Assembly: GCA_963781845.1 (NCBI GenBank)
Contig: CAWAHN010000009.1
Coordinates: forward strand, 140,741 to 204,740
From: an uncultured Chloroflexia bacterium
GTDB taxonomy: Bacteria; Chloroflexota; Limnocylindria; Limnocylindrales; CSP1-4
Length of the DNA stretch: 64,000 nt
Reading direction: 5' to 3'
Shown here: positions 47,501 to 55,657 of the stretch, one piece after another
Numbering within the stretch: the first letter of the stretch is position 1
How the letters are laid out: each line of letters opens with the position of its first letter
Notes under the pieces: generated by a model
Databases searched by the model: none
The model's input: the letters and a program-made list of their open reading frames with translations, nothing else
Told to the model about the DNA's origin: nothing
Position numbers and translations under genes: made by a program

Positions 47501-47780
47501 TCCGCCGGGTGACGACCTGGGTCTTGCCGGTGCCCGCTCCGGCGACGACGAGCTGGGGGCCGTCCCCGTGGGTCACGGCCCGGAGCTGCTCCGGATTGAG
47601 CCCGCCGAGGAGGCCGTCGAGCCCGGATCCGGGATCGGAGCGGCCGTCGGTCGTCTCGTCCCCGATCGATCCGGTCCAGACCGGGATCTGCTCGAGGGGT
47701 CGGACCGATCGCCGACGGACCGTTCGGGTGGTCACCCGGCCGGCCGATCGTCGGTCCGCGGTCGGGCTGCGAGGGGGCAT
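44531..47780 (-). pseudogene. UvrD/PcrA-type helicase fused to a Cys-cluster PD-(D/E)XK nuclease, split by one frameshift
   Basis: The N-terminal ORF carries AGAGTGKT and VDEFQDTN. The C-terminal ORF carries [25 protein letters not shown] and [10 protein letters not shown]. The two ORFs overlap at 46026-46078. The 3250-nt total equals 3n+1. Confidence 0.8.
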
Positions 47781-47831
47781 GGCGCCAGGATGCCCGACGG
47801 TCGTGACAGCTCGCCCGTCACGCCGGCTGGG

Positions 47832-48374
47832 TCACCGCCCGCCGACGCCGGCAGCGGCCCGGTCGGCCAGGGCGACGCGCCCGGCCAGCGCGCCCCGGGC
47901 GAGCCTGAGCGCCTCGGCTTCCTCGTCGGACAGGGTCGCCTCCGGGCGTCCGCCGGCGACGGCCTTGGCGTAGATCCGGGTGCCGCCTCGGGCGTGGAGG
48001 CTGCTGACGATGACCCCGTCGTCGTCGGCATCGAGCAACGCCAGGGCGAAGCTCTGGTTGCTCCCGGTGTCCTCGAACGGGTTGAACCTGACCAGGCCGA
48101 TCCGCTGGAACGCCTTGCGGCCGCTCGCCTCGAGGGCACTCGTTCGACCCGTCAACCGGTCCACCGCCGCGGAGACCTCGACGACCCGACCGAGGTGAGC
48201 CTCGAGGACTCCCTGCAGGCTCCGGCCGTCCTCGCCACGGGTCAGCGCGTCGAGGCGGCGGCCGACGTCCGTGGCCCGCCGGACCGCAAGGCCGGCGACG
48301 CCGAGCGCGACCAGCAGGCCGATGGCCAGCGCCACGACGACGACGCCGAGGTTGTCCTGGATGAACGTGGTCAC
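47832..48374 (-). CDS. DUF4446-family membrane-anchored protein
   Basis: GTG at 48374. N-terminal TM helix, then a coiled coil, then GLVRFNPFEDTGSNQSFALALLDADDDGVIVSSLHARGGTRIYAK. Confidence 0.7.
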   Translation of the reverse strand: MTTFIQDNLGVVVVALAIGLLVALGVAGLAVRRATDVGRRLDALTRGEDGRSLQGVLEAHLGRVVEVSAAVDRLTGRTSALEASGRKAFQRIGLVRFNPFEDTGSNQSFALALLDADDDGVIVSSLHARGGTRIYAKAVAGGRPEATLSDEEAEALRLARGALAGRVALADRAAAGVGGR

Positions 48375-48524
48375 GGGGTCGTTCGCGCGCCTCCGGTGGG
48401 GATCGCCCGAGTCTATCAGGTGGTCCCACCGGGGCGACCCACCGGTCCGGTGGTATCCTCCCGCCGGCGGCATCTCGGATGACCACGGTCCGGACGCCAC
48501 ATCCTCCGGAGGATCCTCGAGCCG

Positions 48525-48881
48525 ATGGCCAAGCGAGCGCGCGGCGCCCCCAGCCGTCCCGGCCAGCGTCGCGCGATCCAGCGCAGCGGCCCGCGGCCGA
48601 CCGCGCCGGCACCCGCCCCCGGCGCCGTGAGCCCGACCCCGCCGCCCGCAGAGGCCGTGGTTGGCGACGCCGTCGTCGCAGCGCCCGGGCCCCGGAGCCC
48701 CTCGCGCACGCGTGTCCGGCCGGCGACGGTCGCGTCGGACGCCTTCGTGGCCGAAGAGGCCGAGGAATACCGCTACGTCGTCGCGGACGTCCGACGGATC
48801 GTGGTCGTCGCGGCCGGGATGTTCGGCATCATGGCCGTCCTGTTCGTGCTCATCGACCTGACCGGCGCCGTCCACCTCTGA
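48525..48881 (+). CDS. tail-anchored small membrane protein, hypothetical
   Basis: GGAGG upstream of the ATG. Pro/Ala-rich N-terminus, then EEAEEYRYVVADVRRIVVVAAGMFGIMAVLFVLI. Confidence 0.5.
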   Translation: MAKRARGAPSRPGQRRAIQRSGPRPTAPAPAPGAVSPTPPPAEAVVGDAVVAAPGPRSPSRTRVRPATVASDAFVAEEAEEYRYVVADVRRIVVVAAGMFGIMAVLFVLIDLTGAVHL

Positions 48882-48884
48882 CCC

Positions 48885-49072
48885 GGCCCTACCGCAGGGC
48901 GCTCTCGGTCAGCGAGGCACTGGAGCGGTTGGGCGACGCCGCCGGGAGTCAGCTCGATCCCCGGCTCGTCACCGCCTTCGCAGCCGGGATCGAGACCTCC
49001 GACGACCCGCCCCTGCCCGGCGACGGACGGACCGGTCGACGATCCTGGGCGCCGTCCTCGAACGTGGCCTGA
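48885..49072 (+). pseudogene. 3' relic of an HD/HD-GYP-type phosphohydrolase gene
   Basis: RPYRRALSVSEALERLGDAAGSQLDPRLVTAFAAGI matches the conserved C-terminal end of HD-GYP domains (PYR/K-x-A-x-S...AG-x-Q-F/L-DP-x-LV-x-AF). No start codon or HD motif exists upstream, because that space is occupied by other genes. Confidence 0.5.
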
Positions 49073-49098
49073 CGAGGCGGCCGACGTAGACTGGCCGA

Positions 49099-50610
49099 GT
49101 GCCGAGCCGGAAGCCACCGTCAGACCAGGTCGCCCTGTTCCAGCCGCCGCCGGGACGTCAGCCGCTGGCGGCGAGGATGCGTCCGCGCGACCTGTCCGAG
49201 TATGTCGGGCAGGCCCATCTCGTCGGGGAGCGCGGCCCGCTCCGCCGTTCGGTCGAACGTGGCTATCTCGGCTCGCTGCTGCTGTGGGGTCCGCCCGGCA
49301 CCGGCAAGACGAGCCTGGCCAGGCTCCTGTCGGCGGAGATCAACGCGCGGTTCGTGAGCCTGTCCGCGGTCATGAGCGGGGTCGCCGACATCCGGTCGGC
49401 CGTCGCCGGGGCGCGCGACCGGCTCGAGCTGGACGGCGGCCGGACGATCCTGTTCATCGACGAGATCCACCGCTTCAACAAGGCGCAGCAGGACGGCCTG
49501 CTCCCCCACGTCGAGGACGGCACGGTCATCCTCATCGGGGCGACGACGGAGAACCCCTACTTCGAGGTCAACGGAGCGCTCCTGTCGCGGCTCCGGGTGT
49601 GGCGACTCGAACCGCTGTCCGATGACGAGGTCGCCAGCGTGGTCCGACGCGCGATCGCCGACCCCGAGCGCGGCCTCGCCGGCGAGCTGGGGCCGGACGG
49701 CGGCGTCCACCTCGACGATGAGCCGTTCGACCACCTCGTCAGCCTGGCCGGTGGGGATGCGCGCCAGGCGCTCAACGTCCTCGAGGGGGCGGTGACCCTG
49801 GCGGAGGCGGAGGCCGTCCGCGACGAGGAGGGCCGGGTGTCGCCGCGGCTGGCCGACGTCGAGGCGGCCGCCCAGCAGAAGATCCTGGCCTACGACCGGG
49901 CCGGCGACGGCCACTATGACACCGCCTCGGCGTTCATCAAGAGCCTCCGCGGCAACGACCCGGACGCCGCGCTGTACTGGCTCGCGACGATGATCGCCGC
50001 GGGCGAGGACCCCCGGTTCATCGTCCGGCGGCTGATCATCTCGGCGTCGGAGGACGTCGGCAATGCCGACCCGCGGGCCCTCCAGGTCGCGGTCGCGGCC
50101 GCCGCCGCGCTCGACTGGATCGGCCTGCCCGAGGCCCAGTACGCCCTCGCCCAGGCGACGACCTACATCGCGACCGCGCCGAAGTCGAACCGCTCCGGGA
50201 GCGCCTATTGGGCCGCCGTCAGCGATCTCGAGACGGCCGGGGCGCTGCCGGTGCCGATGCCCATCCGCAGTGCCGGCCACCACGGACTCAAGCAGTACGG
50301 CTACGGCGTCGGGTATCGCTACCCGCCGGAGTTCGACGGCTCGGACATCGCCCAGCAGTACCTGCCCGACGCGCTCGTCGACCGACGCTACTACCTGCCC
50401 AACGACCAGGGCTACGAGGCCACGATCGCGCAGCGGATGGCGGCTCGGCAGGAGGTCCGCGAGGCGACCCGCCAGCGCGGCCGCCCGGAGCGCGAGTCGA
50501 TCCCGGCGCCGAAGGCCGACCCGAAGGCCGGCGGTTCGATCATGCGCACCCGCGAGGAGAACCGCCGGAAGCTGGCCGAGACCGAGAAGAAGGACGCTGA
50601 CGGGGCCTGA
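49099..50610 (+). CDS. rarA: replication-associated recombination protein A
   Basis: GTG start. Motifs: [25 protein letters not shown], and the MgsA C-terminal domain LYWLATMIAAGEDPRFIVRR. Confidence 0.95.
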   Translation: MPSRKPPSDQVALFQPPPGRQPLAARMRPRDLSEYVGQAHLVGERGPLRRSVERGYLGSLLLWGPPGTGKTSLARLLSAEINARFVSLSAVMSGVADIRSAVAGARDRLELDGGRTILFIDEIHRFNKAQQDGLLPHVEDGTVILIGATTENPYFEVNGALLSRLRVWRLEPLSDDEVASVVRRAIADPERGLAGELGPDGGVHLDDEPFDHLVSLAGGDARQALNVLEGAVTLAEAEAVRDEEGRVSPRLADVEAAAQQKILAYDRAGDGHYDTASAFIKSLRGNDPDAALYWLATMIAAGEDPRFIVRRLIISASEDVGNADPRALQVAVAAAAALDWIGLPEAQYALAQATTYIATAPKSNRSGSAYWAAVSDLETAGALPVPMPIRSAGHHGLKQYGYGVGYRYPPEFDGSDIAQQYLPDALVDRRYYLPNDQGYEATIAQRMAARQEVREATRQRGRPERESIPAPKADPKAGGSIMRTREENRRKLAETEKKDADGA

Positions 50611-50669
50611 CCGCCGGTCGCCCGTGGCGCATCTGCACCACCGCCGTTGCCCTGGCGCAACGTTCGGTC

Positions 50670-50800
50670 CGACCACGGGGGCCCGTGCAGGGGGGTGGTG
50701 GTCGATCCGGTCCGGTTAGTGCTGGCCCCATCTGCTCCGACAGTTGGGTACCGGCGGGTGATCCCCCTCGAAGGACGCAAGGTCCACGGTAAGGGTCCAC
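50670..50800 (+). promoter_or_regulatory. candidate structured leader with ydaO (c-di-AMP riboswitch)-like sequence islands
   Basis: Islands occur in the ydaO order: CACGGGGGCCC (50674), GGGGGGTG..GATCC (50690), CCGACAGTTGGGTACC (50737), GGGTGATCCCCCTCGAAGGACGCAAGG..ACGGTAAGGG (50756). The downstream gene is a secreted enzyme. The comparison was made by eye only. Confidence 0.3.
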
Positions 50801-50845
50801 CGAAACGACCGGGCCGCTGCGCCCGACACGCGAGGAGGCCCCCCG

Positions 50846-52669
50846 ATGTCGCGACAAGCGCATGAGGCCACGTCCGCCGCTCCCTCCACCACCCCGTCCA
50901 CGTCCAGGTCCCACGGTCATCTCGGGCGGTTCGTCCGCCTCGGGCTGATCGGAGCAGCCGTCGTCCCGGTCGTCCTGGGCGCCCGGCTCGGGCTGGCATC
51001 GTCGACCCAGTCGATCAGCGTCCCGGTCAGCGCCGACGCCCAGGTCCGGTCCCATTTCCCGGACCGCAACTACGGGTCGGGTGTCCGGCTCCGCACCCGG
51101 GTCATGGCCGGGGATCATCAGCGGACCCTGCTCCGATTCACGCTGCCGACGATCAACGAGCGGATCACCGGGGCCCAGCTCCGGTTGTTCGTCCGTGACC
51201 GAAGCGCCAAGGGCGGTGAGATCCACCAGATCGTCGGCCCGTGGAGCGAGAACACGGTCACCTGGCTCAAGGCGCCGGTGATGGCCCCGGCGGTCGTCGG
51301 CAGGATCGGGGCGACCGGGCCGGTCGGTCGCTGGATCACCGTGCCGGTCAACCTCCCGAGCCTCAAGTCCGGCAAGAAGGTCGACCTCGAGATCGTCGGC
51401 ACGAGCAGCGACGGCGCGCTCTTCGCGAGCCGCGAGACCGGCAAGGGTCCGGTCCTCGTCCTGACCGTCGCGGCCGACCCGACGCCGACCCCGAAGCCCA
51501 CGGCGACCGTCAAGCCGGATCCGACGACGGTCCCGACGCCGAGCCCGAACGACAACACGACCGGGCCGACGCCGACGCCCGGCAGCGACGGGACCCCGGC
51601 CCCGACCGCCACGCCCGACCCCACCTCCAGGCCGACCCAGGCACCGACCGCCACCCCGGATCCCACCCCGGCGCCGCCGAGCGGCCCGACCGGACCGAAG
51701 AGCCCATCGGTCGGCATCGTCATCAGCAAGGCCGAACTCGCGTCGCTGCCCACCTCGGGCGCGGCCTGGGCCAACGTCAAGTCGTGGGCCGACGCCTCGG
51801 CCGGCACTCCTGACATCCAGAACCAGGACGAGGACAACGACCTGCACGTCCTGGCCAAGGCCCTCGTCTACGCCCGGACCGGCGCGGCCAGCTATCGCGT
51901 CGACGTCCTGGCCAATCTCAAGGCCGCCGTCGGGAGCGAGGCCGGCGGGCGCACGCTCGCGGCCGGCCGGAACCTGCCCGGCTACGTCATCGCCGCTGAC
52001 CTGATCGACCTCGGCAGCTACGACCCGAGCTTCGACACCAACACCTTCCGACCGTGGCTCCGCAAGGTCCTGACCGAGAACCTCAGCGGGGACACCCTGA
52101 TCTCGACCCATGAGGATCGACCCAACAACTGGGGGACCCATGCGGGAGCCGCCCGTGCGGCCATCGCGCGCTACCTCGGCGACTCGGCCCAGCTCGCCCG
52201 GACCGCGGTGGTCTTCCACGGCTGGCTCGGCGACCGGGCGGCGTACACCGGGTTCAGCTTCGGTGACACGTCGTGGCAGTGCGACCCGGCCAAGCCGGTC
52301 GGGATCGACCCGACGGGCTGCTCCAAGAGCGGGCACGTCATCGACGGCGCGCTGCCCGACGACATGCGCCGGGGCGGCAGCTTCCAGTGGCCGCCGACCT
52401 TCACCAACTACGCCTGGGAGGCGATGCAGGGCGCGACGCTCCAGGCGCTGATCCTCGACCGGGCCGGCTACGACGCCTTCGGCTGGGAGAACAACGCGAT
52501 CCTTCGCGCGGCGAACTTCCTGTACGACCGCGCCGGCTGGATCCCGAGCAGCGACGACACGTGGCAGCCCTGGCTGATCAACCACGCCTACGGGACCAAC
52601 CTGTCCGCCCAGTCGCCGGCACACGGCGGCAAGAACTTCGGGTTCACCGACTGGCTGTACGGCAACTAG
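50846..52669 (+). CDS. secreted DNRLRE/CBM96-like domain - Pro/Thr linker - alginate-lyase-like (alpha/alpha toroid) protein
   Basis: GAGGAGG lies 7 nt upstream of the ATG. N-terminal hydrophobic anchor or signal peptide. NYGSGVRLRTR...TLLRFTL...IVGPWSENTVTWLKAP matches the DNRLRE-type module. The C-terminal domain carries HEDRPNNWGTHAG. Confidence 0.72.
   Translation: MSRQAHEATSAAPSTTPSTSRSHGHLGRFVRLGLIGAAVVPVVLGARLGLASSTQSISVPVSADAQVRSHFPDRNYGSGVRLRTRVMAGDHQRTLLRFTLPTINERITGAQLRLFVRDRSAKGGEIHQIVGPWSENTVTWLKAPVMAPAVVGRIGATGPVGRWITVPVNLPSLKSGKKVDLEIVGTSSDGALFASRETGKGPVLVLTVAADPTPTPKPTATVKPDPTTVPTPSPNDNTTGPTPTPGSDGTPAPTATPDPTSRPTQAPTATPDPTPAPPSGPTGPKSPSVGIVISKAELASLPTSGAAWANVKSWADASAGTPDIQNQDEDNDLHVLAKALVYARTGAASYRVDVLANLKAAVGSEAGGRTLAAGRNLPGYVIAADLIDLGSYDPSFDTNTFRPWLRKVLTENLSGDTLISTHEDRPNNWGTHAGAARAAIARYLGDSAQLARTAVVFHGWLGDRAAYTGFSFGDTSWQCDPAKPVGIDPTGCSKSGHVIDGALPDDMRRGGSFQWPPTFTNYAWEAMQGATLQALILDRAGYDAFGWENNAILRAANFLYDRAGWIPSSDDTWQPWLINHAYGTNLSAQSPAHGGKNFGFTDWLYGN
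51472..51710 (+). repeat. low-complexity Pro/Thr-rich linker coding repeat
   Basis: Encodes DPTPTPKPTATVKPDPTTVPTPSPN...TPDPTSRPTQAPTATPDPTPAPPSGPTGP through reiterated ACC/ACG-CCG units. Confidence 0.7.
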
Positions 52670-52716
52670 CCGTCGGGCGGCGGTCGACCGTCGCCGGCAC
52701 CACCGCTCACGCTCGG

Positions 52717-52756
52717 ACGAGCCCGGCGGCCTCCACGCAGGAGGCGCCGGGCTCGT
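52717..52756 (+). terminator. long stem-loop after the lyase-like gene
   Basis: ACGAGCCCGGCG(g)CCTCC-acgca-GGAGGCGCCGGGCTCGT has 17 paired positions and lies 48 nt past the stop. There is no U tract. Confidence 0.5.
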
Positions 52757-52891
52757 TCACGTCAGGCCATCCGCTCGATCCCGGGCTTGTGCCACCATAG
52801 GCGTGGCGCTGACGCCGGTGAGACCCGGCGCCCGACGCTCGCCCCGGACCGGGCGCGGACACCCGCAACTCCGAAGCCCAAGGAGGCTCCC

Positions 52892-54076
52892 GTGAACCGC
52901 TTCGAGCCGAACCTGCGGATCCCCGGCCCGACCGGCCTGCCGCCATCCGTTCGCGAGGCCGGCGGTCGCCAGATGATCAACCACCGCGGACCCGAGTTCG
53001 CCGCGATGATCGAACGCGTCCTGGCCGGGATGAAGCCGTACTTCGGCACCACCGGCGACCTCGCGATCCTGTCGTGCGCGGGGACGGGCGGCCTGGAGGC
53101 CGCGGTCGTCAACGTCCTGTCCCCGGGCGACCGCGTCCTCGGCGTGTCGATCGGGTCGTTCGGCGACCGGTTCGCCAAGATCGCCGCGACCTACGGAGCC
53201 GACGTGACCAAGATCTCGGTCGAGTGGGGCCACGCGGCGGACCCGGCCGAGATCCGGGCGGCCCTCGCCGCCGAGCCGGCGCCCGGCTACCGGGCCGTGC
53301 TGCTCACCCACAACGAGACGTCGACCGGCGTGATGAACCCGATCGCAGCCCTGGCCGCGGCGGTCCGCGAGACGTCACCCGACACGCTGATCCTCGTCGA
53401 CAGCGTGTCCGGACTGGGAGCCGTCCCGTTCGAGATGGACGCCTGGGGCGTCGACCTGGTCGTGACCGGATCGCAGAAGGCCTGGATGGCCGCCCCCGGA
53501 CTGGCGATGGTGGCCGCCTCGGAGCGAGGCTGGGCGGCGATGGAGACGGCCACGATGCCGCGCTTCTACCTCGACCTGCGCAGCCACCGCGAGGCGCATG
53601 CCAAGGGCCAGACCCCGTTCACGCCGGCGATCGCCGTCGTCTACCAGGTGGACGAGGGGCTCGCCCTCATGGGTCGGGAGGGCGCCGCGGCGATCTTCGC
53701 CCGTCACGAGGCTTGTGCGGCAGCGGCACGCGCCGGGCTGACCGCCCTCGGGTTCGAGCTGTTCGCCGATCCCCGGTTCGCGTCCCTGACGGTCACGGCG
53801 GCGCACGTGCCCGAGGGCCTCGACTGGAAGACGTTCAACGCAGCCGTCAAGGCCCGCGGACTCGTCCTGGCCGGCGGCCAGGGCAAGCTCACCGGGCTGA
53901 TCTTCCGGCTCGGTCATCTCGGCTCGGTGACCCTCGGGGAGATCCTCGACGCGATCGGGGTCCTCGAGGAGGTCTCGCTCGAGCTGGGGCGTCCGATCTG
54001 GGCGGGCAAGGCCGTCGCGGCCGCCCAGCGCGCGGCGCTCGAGTCGCTCGGCGTGCTCGCACCCGTCGAGGCGTGA
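52892..54076 (+). CDS. class-V aminotransferase (serine-pyruvate / alanine-glyoxylate type; plausible phosphoserine aminotransferase role)
   Basis: GTG start with AGGAGG 5 nt upstream. Motifs: NHRGPEF, LLTHNETSTGV, and TGSQKAW (the PLP lysine). Translationally coupled (GTGA) to serA. Confidence 0.85.
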   Translation: MNRFEPNLRIPGPTGLPPSVREAGGRQMINHRGPEFAAMIERVLAGMKPYFGTTGDLAILSCAGTGGLEAAVVNVLSPGDRVLGVSIGSFGDRFAKIAATYGADVTKISVEWGHAADPAEIRAALAAEPAPGYRAVLLTHNETSTGVMNPIAALAAAVRETSPDTLILVDSVSGLGAVPFEMDAWGVDLVVTGSQKAWMAAPGLAMVAASERGWAAMETATMPRFYLDLRSHREAHAKGQTPFTPAIAVVYQVDEGLALMGREGAAAIFARHEACAAAARAGLTALGFELFADPRFASLTVTAAHVPEGLDWKTFNAAVKARGLVLAGGQGKLTGLIFRLGHLGSVTLGEILDAIGVLEEVSLELGRPIWAGKAVAAAQRAALESLGVLAPVEA

Positions 54077-55657
54077 GGATCCTCGTCGCCGAACCCGTCG
54101 CCGAGGAGGGTGTCGCCCTCCTCCGGGCGCACCACGACGTCGACGTCAGGCCGGGTCTCGCCCGGGACGAGTACATCGCGATCCTGCCGGACTACGACGC
54201 GCTCGTCGTCCGCAGCCAGGTCCAGGTCGATGCCGAGATGATCGCCGCGGGCGGGCGGCTCGTCGTCATCGGACGCGCGGGGGTAGGCGTCGACAATGTC
54301 GATCTCGACGCCGCGACCCGGGCGGGGATCGTGGTGGTCAACGCCCCGACGGGCAACACGATCGCCGCCGCCGAGCACACCCTGGCCCTGCTCTACGCCG
54401 TCGCTCGGCGGGTCGCGGCGGCCGATGCGTCGCTGCGCCGGGGCGAGTGGCAGCGCAGCCGGTTCACCGGGGTCGAGCTGCGGGGCCGGACGCTCGGGAT
54501 CGTCGGGCTGGGCAAGATCGGCCAGGCGATCGCCAAGCGCGCCCGGGCGATGGAGATGACCGTCCTGGCCGTCGACCCGTTCGTCTCGGACGAACAGGCC
54601 GGGCTCCACGGCGTCGAGCTCGTCGAGTTCGGCGTCGTCCTCGAGCGCTCCGACGCCATCACCCTGCACGTTCCTCTGAGCCGGGCCACCCGGCACCTGA
54701 TCGGCGCTCGGGAGATCGCCCGGATGAAGCCGGGGGCGATCCTGCTCAACGTGGCGAGGGGTGGGGTCGTCGACGAGGCGGCGGTGGCTGCCGCCCTGGC
54801 GGACGGCCGTCTCGGCGGCGCCGGGATCGACGTGTTCGAGCAGGAGCCGCCGACGGGCTCGCCCCTGTTGGATGCCCCGAACACCGTCCTCACTCCCCAT
54901 CTGGGTGCGTCCACCGCCGAGGCCCAGGTGCTCGTCGCGGAGGAGGTCGCCGCGCAGATCCTCGACGTGCTCGACGGCCGGCCGGCGCGCTACGCGGTGA
55001 ACGCCCCGCTGCTGACCCCGGAGACCGCCCGGACGATCGCTCCGTACCTGCCGCTGGCCGAGCTGCTCGGGCGGTTCTTCGCCCAGTTCTGCCGAACGGG
55101 CGTCAAGACGCTCACCCTCGAGATCGCCGGTGAGCTCGCCGGCGCATGACGGCACGCCGCTCATCGCGGCCGTCCTGCGCGGCCTGCTCGAGACGACGAC
55201 GACCGAACGGGTCAACCTGGTCAACGCCGCCGCCCTGGCCCGGGCCCGCGGGATCACCGTGGTCGAGCGGAAGACCCCCGAGGCGGGTCAGTTCTCCTCC
55301 CTGCTGACGCTGTCGGGCGAGTCCAACGGGTCGACCACGACGGTCGGCGGGACGGTCGCCGCCGGCGAACCTCGGCTCGTCCGGCTCGACGACTACTGGT
55401 TGGACATGGTGCCCACGGCCACGATGCTCGTGACCCGCCACCACGACCGTCCCGGGACGATGGGCCGGATCGGGACGATGCTCGGCGAAGCCGACGTGAA
55501 CATCAGCGCGATGCACCTTGCCCGGTCCGCCCCCCGCGCGGATGCCGTCATGGTGCTCGCCGTCGACGAGGAGGTCCCGGCGAAGGTGGCCGAGGCCATC
55601 CGCGGGCAGGAGGCGGTCATGGACGTCTGGACGATCCGCCTCGGAGCCGAGCACTGA
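54073..55657 (+). pseudogene. serA: D-3-phosphoglycerate dehydrogenase, frame broken once near 55141-55145
   Basis: Motifs: GIVGLGKIGQAIA, LLNVARGG, TPHLGAST. The ASB and ACT domains (HDGTPLIAAVLRGLL ... VMVLAVDEEVP) continue in the +1 frame. The 1585-nt length equals 3n+1. Confidence 0.85.

Noticed and set aside
50760-50810. c-di-GMP-I (GEMM-I) riboswitch, based on GGACGCAAGGTCCACGG resembling GGGACGCAAAGCC.CCGG
   Set aside because: The 5' half-site (GGCAAACC plus a GNRA hairpin) is absent, and the apparent P2 partner is a direct repeat (GGTCCAC x2), not an inverted one. The ydaO-like reading fits the order of the islands better, and even that is unconfirmed.
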